Shown one piece after another: positions 23,874 through 32,988 of a stretch of 64,000 nt of DNA. The notes under the pieces are model-generated. The model was given only the letters and a program-made list of their open reading frames with translations. It searched no databases and was not told the origin of the DNA. Each line of letters opens with the position of its first letter. Within the stretch, counting starts at the first letter, position 1. The stretch is from Candidatus Nealsonbacteria bacterium (GTDB lineage: Bacteria; Patescibacteriota; Minisyncoccia; Minisyncoccales; JAGMDC01). A program made the translations under genes and the position numbers. The stretch is from assembly GCA_030612885.1 (NCBI GenBank), contig JAUWMZ010000003.1, positions 69,578-133,577 on the forward strand, written 5' to 3'.

Positions 23874-23992
23874 TAGAGAGCAAAAATAAATTTATACTGC
23901 TGACTGTTTAACTAAGTTAGCAGATTTTTTTTCTTTACAAGAATAGTAATATTTGATATTTTTAATATAGGAGTAATTAAAACATTTTTATT

Positions 23993-24457
23993 ATGTATAC
24001 AAAACAGTTAGACAAATTTTTAGTAAAAGCAAAGATTAATACCTATGCTTCGGTTGGAGAAAAAAAAGAGAAAATTCTGGCTGATGGAAGCAAGGAATTA
24101 ATCTTTCAAGAAAAAGAATTTAAATACAGAGATAGGTATTTTGGTTTTAATCCTTTTATTGGTCAAGAAATTGTTTTCCATAATGAAAAGACGATCTGGG
24201 GGATGAATTATTACGGAAAGGTTGTTTCAGAAGTTATTCCAGCAAAAAAGATTTATCAATTTCTTCAAGAGGCGTTAAGAAAAGTAACTGAAGATAAGCC
24301 ATTTAGAGGACAGGATAGTTTCAGAAAAGATGATTTTGAATACGTAAATAATGTAAATGGAAAAATCAAAGGATTTGAGGGGTATGAAACTATTTTTTAC
24401 AAAAAGGAATTAGTATATAAACTGAATTATCATGGTGGATTAGTGGCAATTTCTTAA
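23993..24457 (+). CDS. DUF5680-like hypothetical protein
   Basis: FLVKAKINTYAS...YRDRYFGFNPFIGQEIV...WGMNYYG pattern. Assigned from memory of the family. Confidence 0.45.
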   Translation: MYTKQLDKFLVKAKINTYASVGEKKEKILADGSKELIFQEKEFKYRDRYFGFNPFIGQEIVFHNEKTIWGMNYYGKVVSEVIPAKKIYQFLQEALRKVTEDKPFRGQDSFRKDDFEYVNNVNGKIKGFEGYETIFYKKELVYKLNYHGGLVAIS

Positions 24458-24657
24458 CCAAATAATAGGTCTAATGGGCAGATTGTAAGATATCCAGAAA
24501 TAGTGAGTAGTAGGGTAGAATCTGATATAATAATTTTAGGTTTGTGGCCTTAAATCTGTGATGTAAATATATTTATTTGACTGTTGAATTATGATTCCAA
24601 TATTGTTCATGATGGTCTGTTTCTTTTAGCGCAGTTCGAGAGGCCAATTCGTATAAC

Positions 24658-24687
24658 GAAAAAGACCTTAAATTTAAGGTCTTTTTC
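24658..24687. terminator. Bidirectional hairpin terminator
   Basis: GAAAAAGACCTTAAATTTAAGGTCTTTTTC is a perfect palindrome with A-run and T-run flanks. Confidence 0.65.
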
Positions 24688-24714
24688 GTTGAATCCTTAG
24701 ATGTCTACTTAACT

Positions 24715-24890
24715 GGATAAACTTGTTCTCCGGCTATGATTAGTTTTTCTAATTCCCAACTTTTTGAGTCAGCATCGTCTCCTCCTAGATATTTTAACAC
24801 CGCAGTATAATCGTTTCTAATCATTGCTCCAAAACTATTTTGAGAATCTACATAAGAATTAATTTGATGTTTCAAAAAACTTGTTGATGT
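24715..24890 (-). pseudogene. Possible C-terminal gene fragment
   Basis: The reverse frame reads ...LKHQINSYVDSQNSFGAMIRNDYTAVLKYLGGDDADSKSWELEKLIIAGEQVYPVK*. An in-frame TGA lies just upstream and no credible start exists. It sits in an otherwise non-coding 600-bp gap. Confidence 0.3.
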
Positions 24891-25073
24891 TTGATATCAA
24901 CAAGTCTTATCGCCACCTTGGTGATTTTTTATTTGACAAAATTTATTAGTATGATATGATATTATTAGTTCGTTGAAAGATTTGGATGGCCTAATTTGTT
25001 TATCAAAAAATAGTAGATAAATTAGGCTATCCAAAGGATAGACCGAATAGAATAGGAAAAGAGGTGAACGAAT

Positions 25074-25346
25074 ATGCCAAATGTAGAAATTCACGGAGAA
25101 GCCCCGTGGAAAGCGGAAGACTTAAGCAAGGAAATTTTTGAATTGTTTGCAGACAAGCCCTATGTCGAAGAAATGGTTGTGACTATTTACGGAACCATTG
25201 TAACGGATTTTAAGGGGAATATCCAGCCATTTATTAGGCTTGTTAACTCTTGCCAAGAACACTCGGAGGAGATAATTGAAAGACTGAAAATTTTAGGGAT
25301 AGATATTGAACATCTCAAAATGGAGTCTTTTATTCCGAAAGAGTAA
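25074..25346 (+). CDS. Hypothetical protein, possibly tautomerase-like (N-terminal Met-Pro)
   Basis: 90 aa beginning MPNVEIHG. RBS GAGGTGA lies 6 nt upstream. Confidence 0.4.
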   Translation: MPNVEIHGEAPWKAEDLSKEIFELFADKPYVEEMVVTIYGTIVTDFKGNIQPFIRLVNSCQEHSEEIIERLKILGIDIEHLKMESFIPKE

Positions 25347-25464
25347 CAGCTGTTGCAGACAGATTGAGTGTTTTCGTTCAAATTTTGAAAGCCGAAAAGT
25401 ATTTATACCAAGTAGGCGTTTTTTTTATTTCCAAAACAACGGTTTTTTGGTAGAATAAGATAAT

Positions 25465-25965
25465 ATGTATAGCAAAGAAGAAAAAATTTTAAACACAATC
25501 AGAGAATTTGCTGAAAAGTTGCCAAAGTTTCAAGACGGAAGAATTGATTATTCAAATTCTGATATTGCTCCAGTGATAACTGTTTTTATAAAGTATGAAT
25601 ATAAAATTCTTTTATTGAAGCGAAGCAATAAAGTCAGAACTTATCAAAGAAAGTGGAATGCTATTGCTGGTTATTTAGACGAATTAAAACCAATTCGTGA
25701 AAAAGCGATAGAAGAAATTCAAGAAGAAACGCAAATCAACAGAGATAATATTTTATCCTTTCACATTGGAGAAACTTATAAATTTATAGATTCTCAAATA
25801 AATAAAACTTGGATTATCTATCCTGTTTTAGTTGGATTAAATAGGTTGCCAGAGATAAAATTAGATTGGGAACATACAGAATATAAATGGATTAAACCAG
25901 AACAATTAAAAGAATTTGATATAGTTACTAATCTTGAAAAAAGTTTTAAAAAAGCAGCACTATAA
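25465..25965 (+). CDS. NUDIX hydrolase
   Basis: AGYLDELKPIREKAIEEIQEETQI is a Nudix-box-like segment. Extended -10 TGGTAGAAT lies at 25449-25456. Confidence 0.7.
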   Translation: MYSKEEKILNTIREFAEKLPKFQDGRIDYSNSDIAPVITVFIKYEYKILLLKRSNKVRTYQRKWNAIAGYLDELKPIREKAIEEIQEETQINRDNILSFHIGETYKFIDSQINKTWIIYPVLVGLNRLPEIKLDWEHTEYKWIKPEQLKEFDIVTNLEKSFKKAAL

Positions 25966-25967
25966 AA

Positions 25968-27095
25968 ATGGAACCTTTAGCTTCAAAAATACGGCCAAAA
26001 ACATTAGAGGAATTTGTCGGGCAGGAACATTTAGTAAGGGAAGGAAAACCCTTAAATGCTGCTATAAAACAAAAGCATCTGTTTTCTTTTATTCTTTGGG
26101 GTCCTCCGGGAACAGGGAAGACTACTTTAGCAAAAATATATGCTAATAGTGTAAGGGCACGTTTTTACGAGCTATCTGCTGTTTCTGCTGGAAAAGCAGA
26201 TATTAGAAAGATAATAGTTGAAGATGCTGGAGAGGAATCCAAAATTTTATTTTTAGATGAAATTCACCGTTTCAACAAATCCCAGCAGGACTTCCTGCTT
26301 CCGCTTATAGAAAGAGGAGAGATAACCCTTATCGGAGCTACTACAGAAAACCCAAGTTTTGAAATAATTCCGCCCCTGCTTTCACGCTGTAGAGTTTTTG
26401 TTTTAAATGAGCTTTCAGAAAAAGAAATGATAGCTATTATTAAACGAACTGGATTTAAAATAGACAAAAAAGCAAAGGACTGGCTGGTTGCTATGGCAAA
26501 TGGAGATGCAAGACAGGCCATTACAATGTTAGAAAGCGCGTCCCAGCTTTATAATGAAATTACCATAGAAAGTTTGAAAAACACTCTTCAGTCAAAGTTT
26601 TTAAGGTATGATAAGAAAGGAGAAGAACATTACAATACTATTTCAGCTTTTATTAAAAGCATGAGAGCTTCCCAGCCAGATGCTGCTTTGTATTATCTGG
26701 CTAGGATGATTGATTCTGGAGAGGATCCTAAATTTATAGCAAGAAGAATGGTTATTTTTGCTTCTGAAGACATCGGGGTAGCTCAGCCAACAGCTTTAGT
26801 GGTGGCGAATGACGTATTTAGGGCAGTAGAGACAATTGGACTGCCAGAGTGCGGTATTAATTTAGCTCATGGCGCAGTGTATTTGTCTAAAAGCAAGAAA
26901 GACAGAAGTGCTTATAGCGCTTATGTATCTGCAATGGAAGATGTAAAGAAATATGGAAACCTGCCAATCCCTTTATCTTTGCGAAATGCTCCGACAAAGT
27001 TTATGAAAAAATTGAATTATGGAAAAGGATATGAGAGGTACACTAAAGAAGATTTACTTCCAGATAAATTAAAGGGGAAGAAATATCTAAAGTAA
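25968..27095 (+). CDS. rarA: Replication-associated recombination protein A (RarA/MgsA)
   Basis: GPPGTGKTTLA, LFLDEIHRFNK, TENPSFEIIPPLLSRC and the C-terminal MgsA domain (DALYYLARMI, GEDPKFIARR). Confidence 0.95.
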   Translation: MEPLASKIRPKTLEEFVGQEHLVREGKPLNAAIKQKHLFSFILWGPPGTGKTTLAKIYANSVRARFYELSAVSAGKADIRKIIVEDAGEESKILFLDEIHRFNKSQQDFLLPLIERGEITLIGATTENPSFEIIPPLLSRCRVFVLNELSEKEMIAIIKRTGFKIDKKAKDWLVAMANGDARQAITMLESASQLYNEITIESLKNTLQSKFLRYDKKGEEHYNTISAFIKSMRASQPDAALYYLARMIDSGEDPKFIARRMVIFASEDIGVAQPTALVVANDVFRAVETIGLPECGINLAHGAVYLSKSKKDRSAYSAYVSAMEDVKKYGNLPIPLSLRNAPTKFMKKLNYGKGYERYTKEDLLPDKLKGKKYLK

Positions 27096-27109
27096 TTGGA
27101 AATAAAATA

Positions 27110-30070
27110 ATGGCATTGGATTTAGAAAAATTAAACAAGGAGCAGAGAGAAGCTGTGGTTCATGGCAATGGGCCGCTTTTGATTGTTGCTGGCGCTGGAA
27201 CAGGAAAAACAACTGTTATTACCCAGAGAATTGTTTATCTAATAGAAAAAGGGAAAGCTAAGGCAGAAGAAATCCTGGCTGTCACTTTTACCGAAAAAGC
27301 AGCCGAGGAGATGGAAGAAAGGGTTGATAAACTTCTGCCTTACGGTTATGTGGACTTATGGATTTCCACTTTTCATTCTTTCTGTGAAAGAGTTTTAAGA
27401 GACCACGCCTTGGATATCGGCTTGCCTGCTGATTTTAAAATTTTAGACAATACAGCCGGTTGGCTTTTGGTTTATCGAAATTTAGACAAATTTGAGCTGG
27501 ATTATTACAAGCCCTTGGGCAACCCGACAAAATTTATCAGGGCGCTGATGTCTCATTTTTCTCATTGTAAAGACCAGGCAATCTACCCGGAAGATTATTT
27601 AAAATACGCCGAGGAGCTGAAAACTAACCTTACTGACTTGCCGGAAGATAATGAATCGGAAAGAATAAAAGAAGTCGCTAATGCATATCATATTTATCAG
27701 CGCTTGCTTTTAGAAAACAGTTCACTGGATTTTGGCGATTTGATTAATTATTGCTTAAAGCTTTTTCAGAAAAGGCCGCTAATTTTGAAAAAATACAGGG
27801 AAAAATTCAAATACATTTTAGTTGATGAATTTCAGGATACCAATTTTGCGCAGTATGAGCTGATTAAAATTCTGGCAGCACCGAAAAATAATTTAACCGT
27901 TACGGCTGACGATGACCAAGCTATCTATTTATGGCGTTCGGCCTCTTTCAACAACATAATTCAATTTAGCAAAGATTTTCCAAAAGCTGAAGAAATTTCT
28001 TTAGTTAAAAATTACAGATCTAGCCAGAACATTTTAGACTTGGCTCACAAATTCATAAAAGCCAACGATCCTGACCGGCTTGAATATGTAAATAAAATTA
28101 ATAAAAAACTGATTGCCCAGAAAAAAGAAAGCGGAACAATTGAACACATTTTTGCCAAAAGTTTGGACCAAGAAGTTGAAAAAACAGTAAAGAAAATTTT
28201 AGAGATTCTTAAAATGGATAGGGACGCTGCCTATAACGATTTCGCGATTTTAGTAAGGGCAAATAATGCGGCAAATCTTTTTACCAAGGCGTTGGAGCGC
28301 GCTGGTTTGCCCTATCAATTTTTAGCTTCAAAGGGACTTTATTCCAAGCCAGTGATTTTAGACATTATTTCGTATTTTAAGCTTTTGGATAATTACCACG
28401 AAAGCACGGCTCTTTACAGAATTTTGAATATGCCGTTTTTGGAAATCTTGCCGCAAGATATAATAAAACTTACGCAATACAGTCATAAAAAGACAAAATC
28501 GCTCTATGAAGCGATGGAAGAGCTTCCTTTAATTCCAGGAATTTCCCAAAAGACGCAGGAAAAAATCGCTTTTGTTTTGAGTTTAATTAAAAAACACAGT
28601 GTCCTTGCGCAGAAAAAAACGGTTTCAGAAATACTGGTGGCTTTTCTTGAAGATTCAGGTTATCTGAAATATTTAGTGAACAAAGAAAACAAAGAACAGC
28701 TTGATTTCCTTAATCAATTTTATAAAAAAGTAAAGAATTTTGAAGAAACAACAATAGAGCCGTCTTTAAATAATTTTATGCTGGAAATAAATCTGGAAAT
28801 AGAATCAGGTGAAGAAGGAAAGCTTGAATTTGATCCGGAACAGGGCCCTGATATGATAAAAGTGATGACTATTCACGGAGCCAAGGGCTTGGAATTCAAA
28901 TATGTCTTTTTAGTTAATATGGTAGATAAAAGATTTCCGACTATTGAAAGGAAAGATTTGATTGAACTTCCCGAAAATTTGATTAAAGATATAAAGCCCT
29001 CTGGCGATATCCATCTGCAGGAAGAAAGGCGTATCTGTTATGTGGCAATGACCAGGGCTAAAAAAGGTCTTTATTTCTTTTCAGCCGAAAATTACGGAGG
29101 AACGAGAAAAAAGAAATTGTCGCGCTTTTTAACAGAAATGGGCTATAAAGATAAACCCGAAATCCGAAGCCCGAAATCCGAAAACGGTTTGCTTACGGAA
29201 AAACCTGTTTTCATTAAAACTTCGGCGAATGGGAAAATTATTAAACATTTGCCAGAACATTTTTCTTTTTCGCAATTGGCTGCTTTCAAAAAATGCCCTC
29301 TGCAGTATAAATTCGCTTTTATCTTAAAAATTCCTATAAGAGGCAAGGCAATGTTTTCATTCGGAAAAACAATGCACAACACTTTATATGCTTTTTTAAA
29401 ACAAGCAAATGAAAACAATAAAAGCAAGCAAAGCAATTTATTGGAATTTGCCGTCTCTTCCGCTGGAGAGACGAGCCTCCAACCCGAAATACAAGGGGAA
29501 AATAAGTTGGGTTTGGACGATTTGATGGAAATTTACAAAAAAAACTGGATTGACGAATGGTATGAAAATAAAAAACAGAAACAGGAATATTACAAGCTCG
29601 GCAAAAAAATAGTTAAAGATTTTTATAGCGAATTTTCTAAAAATCCGCCGAAGGTTTTAAAAATCAACAATGTTTTGGCTTTGGAAATTCCGTTTAGTTT
29701 AAAAATAGGGGATAATATTTTACGCGGCAGGATAGACAGAATTGATGAAAAACAAGGGGGAATAGTGATTATTGATTACAAAACAGGAAATTCAAAAGAA
29801 AAATTAGCTTTAGATGATAAAGAGCAACTATTAATTTATCAGATAGCAGCTGAAGAGATTTTCAAAATAAATCCAAAAGAACTGGTCTATCATTATCTAA
29901 ACAACAACAAAAAAGCGTCTTTTCTTGGTTCTGAAAAAGAAAAAAACAAAATGAAAGAAAAAATAATTCAGGAAATTGAGGAAATAAAAAAGAGCGATTT
30001 TAAGCCAACGCCCGGCTGGCAATGCGCTTTTTGCGACTTCAAAGACATCTGCGAATTCGCCCAGAGATAA
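27110..30070 (+). CDS. UvrD/PcrA-type superfamily 1 helicase fused to a C-terminal Cas4/AddB-like PD-(D/E)xK nuclease with a Cys cluster
   Basis: GAGTGKT, VDEFQDTN, NYRSSQNIL, TIHGAKGLEF, VAMTRAKKGL. Nuclease part: FKKCPLQYKF, GRIDRID, IIDYKTG, CAFCDFKDIC. Confidence 0.9.
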   Translation: MALDLEKLNKEQREAVVHGNGPLLIVAGAGTGKTTVITQRIVYLIEKGKAKAEEILAVTFTEKAAEEMEERVDKLLPYGYVDLWISTFHSFCERVLRDHALDIGLPADFKILDNTAGWLLVYRNLDKFELDYYKPLGNPTKFIRALMSHFSHCKDQAIYPEDYLKYAEELKTNLTDLPEDNESERIKEVANAYHIYQRLLLENSSLDFGDLINYCLKLFQKRPLILKKYREKFKYILVDEFQDTNFAQYELIKILAAPKNNLTVTADDDQAIYLWRSASFNNIIQFSKDFPKAEEISLVKNYRSSQNILDLAHKFIKANDPDRLEYVNKINKKLIAQKKESGTIEHIFAKSLDQEVEKTVKKILEILKMDRDAAYNDFAILVRANNAANLFTKALERAGLPYQFLASKGLYSKPVILDIISYFKLLDNYHESTALYRILNMPFLEILPQDIIKLTQYSHKKTKSLYEAMEELPLIPGISQKTQEKIAFVLSLIKKHSVLAQKKTVSEILVAFLEDSGYLKYLVNKENKEQLDFLNQFYKKVKNFEETTIEPSLNNFMLEINLEIESGEEGKLEFDPEQGPDMIKVMTIHGAKGLEFKYVFLVNMVDKRFPTIERKDLIELPENLIKDIKPSGDIHLQEERRICYVAMTRAKKGLYFFSAENYGGTRKKKLSRFLTEMGYKDKPEIRSPKSENGLLTEKPVFIKTSANGKIIKHLPEHFSFSQLAAFKKCPLQYKFAFILKIPIRGKAMFSFGKTMHNTLYAFLKQANENNKSKQSNLLEFAVSSAGETSLQPEIQGENKLGLDDLMEIYKKNWIDEWYENKKQKQEYYKLGKKIVKDFYSEFSKNPPKVLKINNVLALEIPFSLKIGDNILRGRIDRIDEKQGGIVIIDYKTGNSKEKLALDDKEQLLIYQIAAEEIFKINPKELVYHYLNNNKKASFLGSEKEKNKMKEKIIQEIEEIKKSDFKPTPGWQCAFCDFKDICEFAQR

Positions 30071-30155
30071 AAAAGGAAAATTTGGCTTGATTTTTTTTCG
30101 GCATTAGAAAACCTGCGTTTACAAAAAATTTACAAAATGGTATTATTAAACAGCA

Positions 30156-30692
30156 ATGGAACAGATTCAATTATTTATCATTAATATTATTAAAACCTAC
30201 GGAATAAGCGTTATTTGGATTCTGGTCTTGTTTTTTGGAGCCAGAATTGTTTTGAAAAGGATAGTCAAGAGGATGATTGGGTTGGTTAAAGACGAAGATA
30301 AAGAAAAGAAATCAGATTTGGAAAAGAGAGCCCAGACCCTGGGAGGTATCATTGTTACCACCGGTAATATTATCATCTACATCGTTGTTCTTTTAATGGT
30401 TTTAAGGCTTTTTGGCGTAGATATCACGCCAATTTTAGCTGGCGTAGGAATTATTGGCTTGGCAGTGGGTTTTGGCGCCCAATCTCTGGTTAAGGATTTT
30501 GTTTCGGGATTATTTATCTTAATTGAAAACCAGTATAGTATCGGAGACAAAGTAAAAATAGGAAGCTTTGAGGGTCGGGTAAAAAAAATCACAATGCGTT
30601 CTACTATTCTTCAAGACGATGAAGGTAAAACTTTTCATATCTCTAACGGTTTAATTAAGGATGTAGTGAATTTTTCTCAGAGGAAGCAATGA
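30156..30692 (+). CDS. Small mechanosensitive channel (MscS family)
   Basis: TM helices plus GAQSLVKDFVSGLFILIENQYSIGDKVKIG, the MscS pore and beta-domain signature. Confidence 0.8.
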   Translation: MEQIQLFIINIIKTYGISVIWILVLFFGARIVLKRIVKRMIGLVKDEDKEKKSDLEKRAQTLGGIIVTTGNIIIYIVVLLMVLRLFGVDITPILAGVGIIGLAVGFGAQSLVKDFVSGLFILIENQYSIGDKVKIGSFEGRVKKITMRSTILQDDEGKTFHISNGLIKDVVNFSQRKQ

Positions 30693-30721
30693 AAATAAAG
30701 AAGTGACAAAAAGAAAAAAAA

Positions 30722-30745
30722 CAGAGAATGATTCTCTGCTTTTTT
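30722..30745. terminator. Bidirectional terminator between convergent mscS and efp
   Basis: CAGAGAA-tga-TTCTCTG with an A-run before and a T-run after. Confidence 0.7.
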
Positions 30746-30760
30746 GTTTATTTAAATCTT

Positions 30761-31330
30761 TTACTCTTTTCCTACTCTTTGGACATATTTGCCTGTTTTA
30801 GTGTTTATCACAATTACATCTCCTTCTTTAATAAATAAGGGAGTACTAACTTTTGCTTTAGTCTCTAATATTACTGTTTTTGTGCCTGGTTGGGAGCGGC
30901 TGCCTTGAACTCCGGGAGGCGCCTCAATTACTTTCAAATTCAGTTTTATAGGTAAAGAGATATTGATAACTTTATCTTGAAACAATAAGGCCTCAATAAT
31001 TGTTTGGTGTGTCAAAAATTTACTGCTTTCTCCGATATTTTTTTCTATCAGAGAAAATCTAAAAGAGGGGTCATTTTCTTTGGTAAAGAAAAACTGGTCG
31101 CGGTGAGAAAACAAAAATTTTGCTTTAAATATTTTAATCTCGACTTCTTCAAATGTATCTGAAGGATGAAACGTCTTTGGAACAATAGCTCCGGTAATCA
31201 GGTTTTTTATTTTCACCTGTAAAACAGACTGGCCTCTTCCTTTGAAAAGGTGAAAGGACTCTAAGACTTCATACGGTTGCTTGTCTATAATAATATTTGT
31301 TCCTTTTTCTAATTCATTAAAATTAAGCAT
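30761..31330 (-). CDS. efp: Elongation factor P
   Basis: Start trimmed to the ATG at 31330 (MLNFNELEKGTNIIIDKQPYEVLE...). The longer listed ORF overlaps the upstream gene. The loop reads FKGRGQSV, with Arg where Lys34 normally sits. Confidence 0.88.
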   Translation of the reverse strand: MLNFNELEKGTNIIIDKQPYEVLESFHLFKGRGQSVLQVKIKNLITGAIVPKTFHPSDTFEEVEIKIFKAKFLFSHRDQFFFTKENDPSFRFSLIEKNIGESSKFLTHQTIIEALLFQDKVINISLPIKLNLKVIEAPPGVQGSRSQPGTKTVILETKAKVSTPLFIKEGDVIVINTKTGKYVQRVGKE

Positions 31331-31331
31331 A

Positions 31332-32000
31332 TCATTTAACAATTTTCCACTCAATTTTTGATTCTTTATCAGCAAACTCCAGCCATTGGCCGTCTTTGTC
31401 AATAACATACCATTTTCTTTTTGACGCTGACCAGACCATTGGGTCGTCTCTGTAAAACGGTTTTTTAACAACCTCTTTTGGCTTTAACTTATCTAATTCC
31501 AGCCATTTCTTAAATACTGTCTCAATGGCATAATCCAGATTTCTGGATTTTGCCCATTCAGCGACCGTAGAAATGGCTTTTTTCGCTTTTTCCATTGAAC
31601 CGGCTAAGTCCAGAAGCTGTTTTGCCGGCTTGGTAAACCTGGAATAAACAATCTTTCTTTTTTTAGCATTTCGTTTGAGCTCGCCTAAGCTTAGCCCTTT
31701 GGTCTGAAAGTAATAAGTAACAATCTGGCGGACAGCAGTTTCTTGTTTTAATTTCTCATAGTATTTAATCTTGCCTTTTTTTAGATATTCTTCAATTTTA
31801 TCGGCAATACTTTTTCCAACGCCTTGGATTTCTTTCAAGCCATTGACGCCTTTTTCCTTGTAAATATCAGCTATATCCTCTTTTAAATTTTCCAGAGTTA
31901 AAGCGGCTCTATGATAAGCACTCGGTTTAAAAGACACCCCTTTTATTTTCAATAATTCCTCTATTTCGTATAATATTTTAGCGATTTTTTGATTTGTCAT
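31332..32000 (-). CDS. Helix-hairpin-helix protein resembling the N-terminal region of family X DNA polymerases, with an unknown C-terminal domain
   Basis: IAKILYEIEELLKIKGVSFKPSAYHRAALTLENL...LKEIQGVGKSIADKIEEYLKKGK matches the Pol X 8-kDa/HhH pattern. No polymerase catalytic domain is present. Confidence 0.55.
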   Translation of the reverse strand: MTNQKIAKILYEIEELLKIKGVSFKPSAYHRAALTLENLKEDIADIYKEKGVNGLKEIQGVGKSIADKIEEYLKKGKIKYYEKLKQETAVRQIVTYYFQTKGLSLGELKRNAKKRKIVYSRFTKPAKQLLDLAGSMEKAKKAISTVAEWAKSRNLDYAIETVFKKWLELDKLKPKEVVKKPFYRDDPMVWSASKRKWYVIDKDGQWLEFADKESKIEWKIVK

Positions 32001-32009
32001 TTCAAAATT

Positions 32010-32040
32010 GGGCGAAGTCCGTCCTCGCCCAATTTGGGCG
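32010..32040. repeat. REP-like GC hairpin, copy A (GGGCGAAG-TCCGT-CCTCGCCC plus AATTTGGGCG tail)
   Basis: The stem extends to AAATTGGGCGAAG / CCTCGCCCAATTT. Same family as 44588, 60086, 60672, 60909 and 61993. Confidence 0.85.
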
Positions 32041-32065
32041 AGGTTGGGTCTTTTTTGGTTTTTGG

Positions 32066-32647
32066 CTATCGCTCAAATTTTTCAACTGTAAATTTGTAAA
32101 TTATTATTTTTTCTGTATCAGGGTTAATATTTCCTTTCTGGCAGGCAATGGAGATTTGCTTTTCAACAGTATCCACTCCTTCTAAATCAGGCAAAAGCAG
32201 TCCTGATTTAAAATGAGTTCTTAGCGCAGGTTCAAAAATAACGTCAGAGCCGGGAGAAAAGGACTGGGATTTTACAAGGATGCCGTATTTTTTCGGATCT
32301 AATTCTTTTGTGCTCTTTATTTGTTCTGGTTTATTTAAAACATACACAGTATAAGAAAGCTCGGGAAGTTCCTGTTTCTGAATAGGGGAGAAGCGATAAT
32401 CCTCAGTTGCCGCGGCAATGGCATTATGAATAATTTCCTGGGCAATATTTTCTTTTGTCGGCAAGTAAGTACCAATACAGCCACGAAGTTTTCCTTGATT
32501 TTCAATAGTAACAAAAACACCTGCTTTACGAAAAAACTCTTTAGTTAGATTTTCAGGGGCGGAAATCATCCTTCCTTCTTTAAGATATACTTCCACCGCC
32601 TTTTTAGCAAGTGAGCTATATTGGTTCATAAAAAGTGTATTAAACAC
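32066..32647 (-). CDS. AMMECR1 domain protein (AmmeMemoRadiSam system protein A-like)
   Basis: LRGCIGTYLPTKENIAQEIIHNAIAAATEDYRFSPI is the canonical AMMECR1 core. Confidence 0.88.
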   Translation of the reverse strand: MFNTLFMNQYSSLAKKAVEVYLKEGRMISAPENLTKEFFRKAGVFVTIENQGKLRGCIGTYLPTKENIAQEIIHNAIAAATEDYRFSPIQKQELPELSYTVYVLNKPEQIKSTKELDPKKYGILVKSQSFSPGSDVIFEPALRTHFKSGLLLPDLEGVDTVEKQISIACQKGNINPDTEKIIIYKFTVEKFER

Positions 32648-32988
32648 CTGTAAATTCTTGCCTCTGGTTTTATTCTACAATGATTTGAGCAATAAAAAAA
32701 GAGGAGAAATTGTTCTCCTCGTCATATGTTTTCTGAAGAATATAGTTTTCTAGACAGATACCGATTTGTCAGAAGAAAGAAAGTAAATGGGGCGATAAAT
32801 ACTACGATAGCAAAGTAGACGAGAGAATCTGAATTACAAATCAATCCAGTTGCTGCAAACATTAATCCAAATAGTATTCCAATTATATCGGTATTCCTGT
32901 TATACTTTTTTTGGATTCTTCAAGTATTCTTTCCATTTTTTTATTTCACGTCCTAAACATTTTGTAAAACAACTATAAAAGAATTGTG

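Noticed and set aside
24897-25094. Minus-strand ORF of 65 aa
   Set aside because: It overlaps the promoter/RBS region and start of 25074..25346 and contains a palindrome. It has no support.
25934-26146. + strand ORF of 70 aa overlapping the NUDIX end and the rarA start
   Set aside because: It is an alternative frame of rarA, whose own frame carries Walker A and other motifs.
31331-31471. Long N-terminal extension of efp in the ORF track (start at 31471)
   Set aside because: The extension overlaps the C-terminus of the upstream gene. The canonical EF-P N-terminus begins at the ATG at 31330, 1 nt after the upstream stop.
31994-32185. + strand ORF of 63 aa
   Set aside because: It is read through REP copy A and the antisense of the AMMECR1 gene end.
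32740-32900. Possible small hydrophobic ORF on the minus strand in the AMMECR1/LigB gap
   Set aside because: Only about 45 codons from the only ATG, with no RBS and an in-frame stop just upstream. It may be a decayed gene and is not called.
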